Part shown: piece after piece, positions 19,924 to 28,337 of the stretch
Layout: every line of letters begins with the position of its first letter
How positions within the stretch are numbered: position 1 is the stretch's first letter
NCBI GenBank assembly: GCA_017547175.1
Contig: JAFYQI010000002.1
Coordinates: 145,722-209,721, forward strand
From: Alistipes sp.
GTDB lineage: Bacteria > Bacteroidota > Bacteroidia > Bacteroidales > Rikenellaceae
Direction: 5' to 3'
Length of the DNA: 64,000 nt
Translations under genes and position numbers: made by a program
The notes under the pieces: generated by a model
The model's database searches: none
Seen by the model: the letters and a program-made list of their open reading frames with translations, nothing else
What the model was told of the DNA's origin: nothing

Positions 19924-21975
19924 ATGAAAAAGTGGCTTTTATTGGCAGTAGTCGGCCTCATGTCGGCCTGCTCGAAATCGGACATTGAGGAGGTGAACAC
20001 CTCGATCGGCTCGGAGAGCCCGATTTTCTACGCCTCGCTGGAGGGTAGCGATGAAACGCGTACCTACCTGGACGAGAATGCCTACATGCGTTGGACGGCC
20101 GATGACCGTGTGACGATCTTTTTTGGCGAGAACTACAACCGCGAGTTTGCCTTTACGGGCAAAACGGGCGCTACGTCGGGCGGTTTTAAGCAAGTCTCGA
20201 CCGACGATCCTTTCTACACGGCCGTCACCATGTCGGCTAACTACGCACTCTACCCCTATGCGGCTGATGTAGTGCTGGAGCCTGCAGGCTATCTGGAGTT
20301 TTCGTTCCCTGCCACGCAGTCCTATGCCGAGGATTCGTTTGGTCTGAATGCCAATACAATGGTGGCTGTGACGAAGACGGTGGATGATCGTTTCCTGCAG
20401 TTCAAGAATGTCTGCGGTTACCTTAAGTTGAACCTTTATGGCGCCAATGTCACGGTCAAGAGCATCACGCTGACGGGCAACAACGAGGAACCGTTGGCCG
20501 GTGCTGCGACGGTGACGCCGACCTATGGCGGTAATCCGACGATGGCGTGGGCCGCGAGTGGCACGACCACGAGCCTCACCCTCGATTGTGGCGATGACGT
20601 GAAGATTGGCGCGACCGAGGCCGAGGCTACTCCGTTCTGGCTGGTCGTTCCGCCGACGACCTTCACGAAGGGTTTTACGGTGACCATCACCGATACCGCG
20701 GGCAACACCTTCACCAAAAGCTCGACAAGCAAGCAGACCATCACGCGCAACATTAGCAAAAATATGCCTGCATTTGAGGTGGTTACGACCGTAAGCGATC
20801 CCTCATCGCCCGTGCCGAGCAACCAAATTTGGTACACCTCGACCGATGGGAAGATTGTTACGCCATATCGTGATAACTTTGGCGCCTATTTTGTATCAAA
20901 TACTTACACAAATGGTAAGGGTGTTCTCACTTTTGATGGCGCCGTAACGACCATCGGGTGGACCGCTTTTTATGAGTGTACCTCGTTAGCCTCCATCATG
21001 ATTCCCGAGGGTGTAACGAGTATTGGACAGGAAGCATTCCGCGATTGCCACTCACTAAACCAAGTTATTTTGCCATCGAGTTTGAATACTATTGGATATA
21101 TGGCATTTGAGGATTGCGAATCTCTGAATTCAATCTATCTTCCTAAAAATCTCACGGAGATAGAAACATATGCATTTTCTTCTTGTGCATTAAAAACCAT
21201 TACTCTACCAGAAAATTTGACATCTATTGACACTGGCGTCTTCGGGGGGTGTTCCTCGCTATCTTCAATTACGTTTTCAGGGAAATTGCTAGAGATTGGA
21301 GGTGAAGCTTTCAAAAATTGCACTGCATTACAATCAATCTCCTTTCCGGAGAGTTTAATAAGTATTGGTGGTGGTGCTTTTTATCAGTGTACATCGTTAC
21401 AATCAATCTCTTTTCCAAAGAGTCTCACAAAAATTGGCGAGGGTGCTTTTGAATTTTGTACTTCATTGAAATCTATTATCCTTCCTACTGGCTTGACGAC
21501 ATTAGGTTCAGGTGCATTTGCTTATTGTGATGCTCTAACAGCAATAACTCTTCCACCCACATTAACCACCTATAGTGAGGTATGCTGTGGTTGCAGTTCT
21601 CTCATTTCGGTCAATCTTTCCCAAGGAATAAAAACAATTAGTGGCGGAGCGTTCGACGGTTGTTATAGTCTACAGAATGTCGTAATACCCGAGGGTGTAA
21701 CGACGATAGGATCTCGGGCATTCAGATCTTGCAAGAGCCTTGCGAGCATCACGCTTCCTGAGGGTGTGACATCGATTGAAGAGATGGCATTCAAGAATTG
21801 CTCAAGCCTAAAGAGTGTCTATTGCAAGCCAACTACACCACCGAAAGGAGGTTCGTCTATGTTTTCCAACAACGCTTCCGGTCGCAAGATTTATGTACCA
21901 ATGGGTACGGTTGCCACATACAGAACAGCTGAATATTGGAGGTCTTATGCATCCGATATAATTCTCGAGGAGTAA
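19924..21975 (+). CDS. surface lipoprotein with BspA-type leucine-rich repeats
   Basis: Lipobox GLMSAC. The C-terminal half is LRR_5-type repeats (IPEGVTSIGQEAFRDCHSL, LPSSLNTIGYMAFEDCESL ...). Confidence 0.8.
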   Translation: MKKWLLLAVVGLMSACSKSDIEEVNTSIGSESPIFYASLEGSDETRTYLDENAYMRWTADDRVTIFFGENYNREFAFTGKTGATSGGFKQVSTDDPFYTAVTMSANYALYPYAADVVLEPAGYLEFSFPATQSYAEDSFGLNANTMVAVTKTVDDRFLQFKNVCGYLKLNLYGANVTVKSITLTGNNEEPLAGAATVTPTYGGNPTMAWAASGTTTSLTLDCGDDVKIGATEAEATPFWLVVPPTTFTKGFTVTITDTAGNTFTKSSTSKQTITRNISKNMPAFEVVTTVSDPSSPVPSNQIWYTSTDGKIVTPYRDNFGAYFVSNTYTNGKGVLTFDGAVTTIGWTAFYECTSLASIMIPEGVTSIGQEAFRDCHSLNQVILPSSLNTIGYMAFEDCESLNSIYLPKNLTEIETYAFSSCALKTITLPENLTSIDTGVFGGCSSLSSITFSGKLLEIGGEAFKNCTALQSISFPESLISIGGGAFYQCTSLQSISFPKSLTKIGEGAFEFCTSLKSIILPTGLTTLGSGAFAYCDALTAITLPPTLTTYSEVCCGCSSLISVNLSQGIKTISGGAFDGCYSLQNVVIPEGVTTIGSRAFRSCKSLASITLPEGVTSIEEMAFKNCSSLKSVYCKPTTPPKGGSSMFSNNASGRKIYVPMGTVATYRTAEYWRSYASDIILEE

Positions 21976-21993
21976 TCGGGCCCACGACAAAAG

Positions 21994-22024
21994 AAAAAGC
22001 GAGGTGTTGAGCCTCGCTTTTTTT
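21994..22024. terminator. bidirectional terminator
   Basis: AAAAAGCGAGG-TGTTGAG-CCTCGCTTTTTTT between convergent genes. Confidence 0.65.
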
Positions 22025-22472
22025 AATATAGGTGCGGAAAGGAATCGAGCGGGCGATACCCCGCCGCGGTGAGTTCGTACAGAAAGAGTTTCAGGCCGTT
22101 GGTGAGCAGCAGATAGCGTGCGCCGAGCACCGCGTTGTAGCGCGCCGCCTGGTCGAGCACCGATTGGTCGATCTTCACCTCCGGAGCCTTACATTCAGCC
22201 AAAAGCAACGGCTTTGTATCTCGGCCAATTACAACAACATCAGCCCTTTGCGGCTGCCCATTGAGTGGTACAGGATACTCCTCTACCACATTCAACAACG
22301 GCACCCCCAGCTCGCTAATCAACCATGCAACCAAATGGCGACGCACCCACTCCTCGGGGGTAAGCACCAACCATTGACGGCGTGTTTCGCTCCACACCAA
22401 ACAGCCCTTGGCATCCTCCTTGAGACGAAGTTGGGGACGGGGAAAGATCAGTTTTGCAAACTCCTGCATCAC
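22023..22472 (-). CDS. HsdR_N-like (type I restriction enzyme R N-terminal domain) protein
   Basis: RADVVVIGRDTKPLLLAECKAP...ARYLLLTNG is the PD-(D/E)xK-type core of the stand-alone HsdR_N family. Confidence 0.65.
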   Translation of the reverse strand: MMQEFAKLIFPRPQLRLKEDAKGCLVWSETRRQWLVLTPEEWVRRHLVAWLISELGVPLLNVVEEYPVPLNGQPQRADVVVIGRDTKPLLLAECKAPEVKIDQSVLDQAARYNAVLGARYLLLTNGLKLFLYELTAAGYRPLDSFPHLY

Positions 22473-22519
22473 GTATCGAAAAAAATAGCTATCTTTGTCG
22501 AAAGCAAAGATACAAAACT

Positions 22520-23818
22520 ATGCGCATACTCACCACCCTTTTGGCTCTTTTTTCGTGTGGCTTGGTCGCCGCACAACCTTATAGCACCACCGAAGGTCGC
22601 GAACTGCCGCGTGGCGTTATCAACCCCTGCATCTCGGCCACTGATGCCGCAACAAACTCGGAGAGCCACCGTTATCGCAGTCCTATCCACACATGGAGTC
22701 AGGCGGGAAATCGTTTTTCAGCCGATTTCACCTCCACATTTGCCTGGACGAACCGCCAGGTGTTGCTGCATATCGAGAGTGCCTCCTGCGATTACGAATT
22801 GTGGATTAACGGTCAGCGAGCCGCCATCAACCGCGACGGCAACGCCCCCGCCGACTACAACATCACAAAACTCATCAAAGAGGGTCGCAACAATGCCGAG
22901 GTGATCCTTAACATTCCCTCGGACCTGGCCCCCATCGAGGGGTGGAAAAGCGACTCCACGACGCCGGCTTTGGGTCCTTGCTACCTCATATCCTCTCCCA
23001 CGATGGGTGTGCGTGACTTCACCGTACGCACTGAGATCAACCCAGAAACACCTGAAGTGGCCACGACCGAGGTGGGCATCATCGTGAAAAGCTACGCTCT
23101 TAACCCGCGTAGCGTACGTATCTTCTATGAATTGGATGATCCGGCTGGTCGACAGATAGCGCACGGACAAACCGATTTAACCCTTGACATGCGTGGGGAA
23201 GATACGGTACGTTTTCTCGCTTCTGTACCCGACACGATGTTGTGGAGCACCACAAATCCGAAACACCACACCCTACGCATCCGTACTCAACGCGACGGAC
23301 GTTTTTCGGAGTACCATCAATATGCACTCGGATTGCGTGCGGCCGAACTGAAAGAGGGTAAACTTTACATCAATGGCCAATCTGCAGCCCTACGCACCGA
23401 AAGTTGCGTACCCACCGCATCACCCGAAGTGTTGCAAAAGATCAAAAACCGCAACACCAACACAATCCTATTGGAGCCGGGAGCCGTAGCACCGCACCTC
23501 TATACGGTATGCGATACGTTGGGACTCTATGTCATTCCCCAGGCGCCGATTGACAGCCACATGGCCGGCACATCACGTCGCGTGGACGGCAATCCTTCGA
23601 ACAATCCTGCTTGGATGCCCTTCTACCTGGAGCGCGTCGAGAACCTATACCATGCTACTAAACGCCACCCATCGGTAGTCGGTTTTTCGTATGCGATCCG
23701 TTCAGCCAACGGTATCTGCCTATACGAGAGCTATATACAACTTAAAAAGCATCAAGACGGCCGCCCGATCCTCTACCCCACTGCCGAAGGAGAGTGGAAT
23801 ACGGACCGTATTGAATAG
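22520..23818 (+). CDS. GH2-like protein, truncated (sugar-binding and Ig-like domains, partial barrel)
   Basis: Signal peptide from ATG 22520. CDYELWINGQ resembles the GH2 N-terminal domain. RHPSVVGFSYAIRSANG aligns to the LacZ HPSVIIWSLGNESG block without the Glu. Confidence 0.6.
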   Translation: MRILTTLLALFSCGLVAAQPYSTTEGRELPRGVINPCISATDAATNSESHRYRSPIHTWSQAGNRFSADFTSTFAWTNRQVLLHIESASCDYELWINGQRAAINRDGNAPADYNITKLIKEGRNNAEVILNIPSDLAPIEGWKSDSTTPALGPCYLISSPTMGVRDFTVRTEINPETPEVATTEVGIIVKSYALNPRSVRIFYELDDPAGRQIAHGQTDLTLDMRGEDTVRFLASVPDTMLWSTTNPKHHTLRIRTQRDGRFSEYHQYALGLRAAELKEGKLYINGQSAALRTESCVPTASPEVLQKIKNRNTNTILLEPGAVAPHLYTVCDTLGLYVIPQAPIDSHMAGTSRRVDGNPSNNPAWMPFYLERVENLYHATKRHPSVVGFSYAIRSANGICLYESYIQLKKHQDGRPILYPTAEGEWNTDRIE

Positions 23819-23964
23819 ATTTTGAGCATGTTAGCGCCCAAAAACATCCTTGCACAATTCTGCTTGGATGTTTTTTTTGCATTTTTTTTGAAAAATATTT
23901 GCACAAATAAACTTTTGTCCTTATCTTTGCATCGCAATTAGGAGGTAAAACTCCAAAAGCAAAT

Positions 23965-24037
23965 GCCTCTTTAGCTCAGTTGGTAGAGCACGACACTCTT
24001 AATGTTGGGGTCCAGGGTTCGAGCCCCTGAGGGGGTA
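23965..24037 (+). tRNA. tRNA-Lys (anticodon CTT) with a non-canonical 3' acceptor strand
   Basis: Hand-folded cloverleaf: D arm GCTC/GAGC, anticodon loop CTCTTAA, T arm CAGGG-TTCGAGC-CCCTG. Acceptor GCCTCTT pairs with AGGGGGT through three G.U pairs. Confidence 0.8.
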
Positions 24038-25577
24038 CTTGAAGAGACTTTTCTGAAAAATCTGAAGAGTCTCTTTTCTTTTGCCCTCGTAACTCATTGG
24101 TTTGCAGGTATATTAAATCAAGCACCTTGTTGTAAGAGTTGGTTCGATATGATTTTCCATCAAAATCAAATTTTTCGGGGAACATCACACCAATAAGCTC
24201 TCGTTTGGCATCCAAACGACCCTCCTTAATCACGTGTGAAAGATTGTTAATCAATGACATAGCATACTTGATTTGTGGTTCGAAATCAGCACACTGAGGG
24301 TTTTTCAACATATCAAGTTTGGTTAAACACGCCTGTTTTTCTGCTAACACCCTCTGTTTCACTTCATTATATGTATCTGCATCAATTTTATCATCCAAAA
24401 ACTTATTGGTCGCAGCAGTCAATCTTGCCTCGTGTTGTAAAATTTCTTCCTCCACTTTTGCTATCTGGCTTCGGGAAACTATCCTGCTTTCTCCCTGAAT
24501 ATCTCTTATTACTTCCCTGTATAGGCTAATTATGGCATAGTTTGGAATAAGGGCTGAAAGATAACGAGCGAAATCATCATTTGCCTTATCAGCCCTGCAT
24601 CGTAGGTGCTTTGCATCCTTGCTGCAATGGTAGTAATAGTATTTACCTCCATTGCCTGTGCTTGCGCTACCTGTCATTGTTGCCCCACATTGCGGACAAC
24701 GCAGATACTGACGCAGGAAAACATCAGGATGTGTTCGTTTGGTTAATTTGGGTCTATACTTTTTATCAACTATTGATTGTACCTTTTCGAATGTGTCCCT
24801 ATCAATCAGTGGCTCGTGCAACCCCTTTACATAATGAGCAGGGATAACTCCAATTTTCTGGTCTTTGTATTCTGGCACATATATCTCTCCTACATAAAAT
24901 CTGTTACGGAGCATTTTTAGGAAAGAATTCTTGTGTATGTAGTGCCCTCGGCGAGCAAATAGTTTCTGTATGTAACATGGAGTATAAACACCTTTTGCCA
25001 CCTCGGCAAACATCTCTCTGATGATAGGGGCTTTCTCCTTATCTATCTCAACATACTTATGCTCATCATCTATTTGTCGGTTAATATAACCTCTTGGGGC
25101 TTTGTATGTACATTTACCCTTCTCTAATGATGCGTGGATACCCTCTTTGGTTCTACGGGAAATTTTTGTATCCTCTGATTGTGCCATTGAAATATATAGG
25201 GAGAGCATAGTGATGTAGTCAGATGCATTGAAATCAATGTTTTGTTCCACGCTATTCACCTCAATACCTAACTTCTCAAAATAATCCAGATTGATTAAAG
25301 CCTCTTTAAGATTACGTGAATATCTATCCCAGCGATAGACCAATACATAATCAATCTCGTGCTTATGTGCCTTGCAGAATTTCATCAAAGCTTGAAACTC
25401 AGTTCTCTTCTTAAAACCTGACTTTGCAGATTTATCCTCTTTATATACTGCTACTACGTTGTAGTGCTTCATCTCACAATAACGGCGGAGATAGTCCTCC
25501 TGCCAATTGAGAGAACTGCCTTTTTCCTGCTCCTCTGTTGAAACACGGCAATACAGAATTACATTTTTAATTTCCAT
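23976..25577 (-). CDS. large serine recombinase (integrase)
   Basis: Resolvase catalytic domain VILYCRVSTEEQ...YRWDRYSRN, recombinase domain, zinc ribbon CPQCG...YYYYHC, coiled-coil. The last ~20 codons are antisense to tRNA-Lys. Start is ATG 25577, or 25607. Confidence 0.85.
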   Translation of the reverse strand: MEIKNVILYCRVSTEEQEKGSSLNWQEDYLRRYCEMKHYNVVAVYKEDKSAKSGFKKRTEFQALMKFCKAHKHEIDYVLVYRWDRYSRNLKEALINLDYFEKLGIEVNSVEQNIDFNASDYITMLSLYISMAQSEDTKISRRTKEGIHASLEKGKCTYKAPRGYINRQIDDEHKYVEIDKEKAPIIREMFAEVAKGVYTPCYIQKLFARRGHYIHKNSFLKMLRNRFYVGEIYVPEYKDQKIGVIPAHYVKGLHEPLIDRDTFEKVQSIVDKKYRPKLTKRTHPDVFLRQYLRCPQCGATMTGSASTGNGGKYYYYHCSKDAKHLRCRADKANDDFARYLSALIPNYAIISLYREVIRDIQGESRIVSRSQIAKVEEEILQHEARLTAATNKFLDDKIDADTYNEVKQRVLAEKQACLTKLDMLKNPQCADFEPQIKYAMSLINNLSHVIKEGRLDAKRELIGVMFPEKFDFDGKSYRTNSYNKVLDLIYLQTNELRGQKKRDSSDFSEKSLQVPPQGLEPWTPTLRVSCSTN

Positions 25578-25734
25578 AACTATCTCCAATTGTTTTATTA
25601 TCTTCATTATTAAGTGCCTTCAATGCGATGTTTGCAACGGCATATAAATATTCTCTTACTTCTTTTACTTGGCTATCATCGAGCCTTAATCCATTGTCTT
25701 TTAGAATGTTTTTGCATACTTCGATACTAAGCAT
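25567..25734 (-). CDS. candidate 55-aa protein translationally coupled to the recombinase (possible accessory/directionality factor)
   Basis: MLSIEVCKNILKDNGLRLDDSQVKEVREYLYAVANIALKALNNEDNKTIGDSYGN. Its TAA (25567-25569) overlaps the recombinase ATG (TATGGAAATTAA). Confidence 0.35.
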   Translation of the reverse strand: MLSIEVCKNILKDNGLRLDDSQVKEVREYLYAVANIALKALNNEDNKTIGDSYGN

Positions 25735-26101
25735 ACATATTAAAAATTATTCTCTTATTTGCTTTTCGCCTCTTTTACCTTGAAATGATAAGGAAAAGAC
25801 TTCTGGTCGGCAGGGGTGTGCGTGGAACCCTTGTGCTATGTGCACAATTATCCTGTGGTTACATATTATTAAAATTTAAATTGATTTAGGGGAAAGACAT
25901 CAGTTCGTGTTAAGAACTGAAGTAAAGCAAATATACAAATCTTTTATGAGAATTCCAAATTCTATAAAAAATGTACTTCAATATCTGCAAAACTCCGAAT
26001 TGAATTATATTAGCATGAATGCTTATTTATCTAATCGTTATTAGCAAACGGGCTTATTGGAGAATTATATCCATTCCATATAAGTTTAGATTGCGTTTTA
26101 T

Positions 26102-26140
26102 GAGTACCCCTCTATGTAGAAGGTGGTGGGTAGAGGGGTG
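26102..26140. promoter_or_regulatory. att/res-like inverted repeat (GAGTACCCCTCTA - 16 nt - TAGAGGGGTG)
   Basis: ACCCCTCTA (26106-26114) and TAGAGGGGT (26131-26139) are exact reverse complements. The half-site resembles GAGGGGGTACT at the tRNA junction. Confidence 0.35.
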
Positions 26141-26258
26141 TTTTAATAGGTGTCCCCGCAATTTGAATTTTTATGAAGGGGTACGCAAATAGCATATACC
26201 CCATATCTGTTGTGTAAAAATTTTTTTGTCCCAAATTTTCGGTTTCAAAAATCGACCA

Positions 26259-26885
26259 CTATATTCCAAACTCCTTCTTAACTCGCTGTACGGTCGATAC
26301 CGATACACCACATATTGCAGCCGTATCACGGATACTTTTGCCCGCCTTCAATGAGCGAATGACCTTGCCGTACTCCTCTTGCTTGCGCTCTCTGCTCTTT
26401 ATCGAGCCGAGCTTGCGACCCATCTTTATACCTTTTACCTTTGCCAACTCTCGACCCGAATTCAATCGGTAACGAATGCTATCACGCTCTATCTCGGCAA
26501 AGCTACTCAATACAGCAGTAATCATCTTGGCAATGGGATTGGGTTGTCCATCGGCATTGAGGGTACAGAGCGGCAAATTTTGGATATAGACATTCACACC
26601 CGCCTTCGTCAGCTCGTCAATGGTATTTACAACAATCTTTGTCGAGCGTCCCAAACGACTGATTTCAGAAACGCATAGTGTGCCAATGCGGTTCTCGATG
26701 CAAAACTCTATGCACTCAGTGAGGACGGGGCGGTTCTCCTTCGCTCCGCTCATCTTCTCCTCGTATGTTGCTACCAGCTCCATTTCGTTGATGGCGATAT
26801 GTCGCTTCAAATCCTCTACCTGACGCTCGGTATTTTGTCTGTCACTCTCACTGCTCACACGAGCATAAATCACTGCCGTTGCCAT
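26259..26885 (-). CDS. small serine recombinase (resolvase/invertase family)
   Basis: AVIYARVSSESDRQNTERQ catalytic N-terminus and C-terminal HTH (IRDTAAICGVSVSTVQRV). Confidence 0.9.
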   Translation of the reverse strand: MATAVIYARVSSESDRQNTERQVEDLKRHIAINEMELVATYEEKMSGAKENRPVLTECIEFCIENRIGTLCVSEISRLGRSTKIVVNTIDELTKAGVNVYIQNLPLCTLNADGQPNPIAKMITAVLSSFAEIERDSIRYRLNSGRELAKVKGIKMGRKLGSIKSRERKQEEYGKVIRSLKAGKSIRDTAAICGVSVSTVQRVKKEFGI

Positions 26886-26936
26886 ATTTGTCGTATCAAT
26901 TTAGTGTATTCGTTTGGTATCCCTTTTTGATATGTG

Positions 26937-27242
26937 TTAAGCGGGATTGCTATACTCTGCCTGTACTCGTTCCTTGTATTGGTCACATCGCTCGACCATA
27001 CCATCTATAACCGCTACGAGATTGTCGCAATAGACCATTTCTTCAACTCTATTGTCTGCCAATCGTACCTCGAATAAGTCGAGCGCATCGTTGTAGATAA
27101 CCTCAACCCTGCCCTTGTAGAGAAAGCCATCGACTTCAAACGCCAACCCACTATCATCAGGCAGTGCTGTGGGGTGATGAAAACCCCACGAAAACACCAC
27201 CATCAACTGACTGCGAAGTATCGCTATAATGTACTCTGCCAT
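26937..27242 (-). CDS. hypothetical protein (101 aa)
   Basis: Same-strand run with a 4-nt gap to the next ORF. No motif recognised. Confidence 0.55.
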   Translation of the reverse strand: MAEYIIAILRSQLMVVFSWGFHHPTALPDDSGLAFEVDGFLYKGRVEVIYNDALDLFEVRLADNRVEEMVYCDNLVAVIDGMVERCDQYKERVQAEYSNPA

Positions 27243-27246
27243 AGAT

Positions 27247-27579
27247 TTAGAATACTTGGATTAGATTCTCGTAGCGCAATGAGCGGTAACCACCCTTTTC
27301 TACATCCCAATACTTGATGGTGTTCACTTGGTCACCGCTCAAGCCCCTGCCGTTCTGTGTAGCTTTCATCAGCTGACCATTGCAAGAGCCCCAAGCCTCA
27401 CGAATTTCGCCCGTGCTCTGCTTCTTGTAGAGGAAGTGTGCCACGCCATTCTTCAACTTCTCCTTAAGCAAGTCAATCATCTGCGCCTTAACCACGCCCA
27501 TCGCCGCACTACCTGTACGAGCAAAAATAACATTAGCACGATGTGCTGTCATTGAGTTTACTACAACCATTGTCTCCAT
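27247..27579 (-). CDS. small SH3-barrel-like protein, DUF2693-like
   Basis: FLYKKQSTGEIREAWG...IKYWDVEKGGYRSLRYENLIQV resembles DUF2693 proteins of Bacteroidales mobile elements (from memory). Confidence 0.5.
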   Translation of the reverse strand: METMVVVNSMTAHRANVIFARTGSAAMGVVKAQMIDLLKEKLKNGVAHFLYKKQSTGEIREAWGSCNGQLMKATQNGRGLSGDQVNTIKYWDVEKGGYRSLRYENLIQVF

Positions 27580-27611
27580 ATCTGTATGATTTTTTATTAC
27601 ATCTAAACTTT

Positions 27612-27806
27612 TTAATAACTTCTTCTAATCTGCTTTGGTTCACCCCAACCATTCAGGCGATATACCTCACGTACAGCCTCCTCGTACGAATATACATCCT
27701 TAACAAACGATGCCATCGTTCCTGTCTCAGATACCATCGTGTACAGCCAAATCCCCCACAGATTATAGTGGCGACCAAACTTGTATTTTCCAACTTCTAC
27801 CTTCAT
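27612..27806 (-). CDS. hypothetical protein (64 aa)
   Basis: First gene of the minus-strand run, directly downstream of the divergent AT-rich promoter region. Confidence 0.45.
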   Translation of the reverse strand: MKVEVGKYKFGRHYNLWGIWLYTMVSETGTMASFVKDVYSYEEAVREVYRLNGWGEPKQIRRSY

Positions 27807-27819
27807 AGTTTATCATCCT

Positions 27820-27843
27820 TTTGTATTACAAATATAATACAAA
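27820..27843. promoter_or_regulatory. operator-like palindrome TTTGTATTA-N6-TAATACAAA
   Basis: Perfect 9-bp arms in the divergent intergenic region next to an HTH gene. Confidence 0.4.
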
Positions 27844-27958
27844 TAAATTATATAAACAAATATTCAACTCGATTTTATAATAAAATCATATAATTTTTAT
27901 GATATTTTTATGGCTATATAATAATTGTTTTGTATTTTTACTGAAAATATGGACTAAT

Positions 27959-28276
27959 ATGAACGGATTAGAGCTTGAAAAGACCTATTTTGAGGAGCAC
28001 GCTATGGAGATGCTTACTGCGGCCAATATGACAAAGGCTCAGTTTGCAAGGGCTATGGATATACTACCCCAAAATATCAATAAACTTATTTCAACCAAGA
28101 ATGTGCTAATGCTCATTAAGGTATCTACGGTATTGGATATTCCCATCCAAGTATTGATATATGGAGAGCAGGAGGATGAGCCTCAGACTGATTTGCACGG
28201 TTGCATCTATATAAACAATGTACCTCACATTTTCAATAATAGAGAAGAGTTGGATGAACTACTAAAACAGGAGTAA
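27959..28276 (+). CDS. XRE-type helix-turn-helix protein
   Basis: MTKAQFARAMDILPQNINKLIS is an HTH_3-like core. ATG 27959 preferred over the track start. Confidence 0.6.
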   Translation: MNGLELEKTYFEEHAMEMLTAANMTKAQFARAMDILPQNINKLISTKNVLMLIKVSTVLDIPIQVLIYGEQEDEPQTDLHGCIYINNVPHIFNNREELDELLKQE

Positions 28277-28337
28277 GTTCATGAATTGCGCATTTTGAGT
28301 AAGAAGCATTTAGATTATCCAAACAACAATTGATACT

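Noticed and set aside
26259-27958. Invertible promoter controlled by the small serine recombinase (Mpi/Hin-like phase variation)
   Set aside because: I looked for inverted repeats flanking the 27807-27958 divergent promoter and the 25735-26258 spacer. I found only local palindromes (operator-like and att-like), not a flanking pair that would define an invertible segment.
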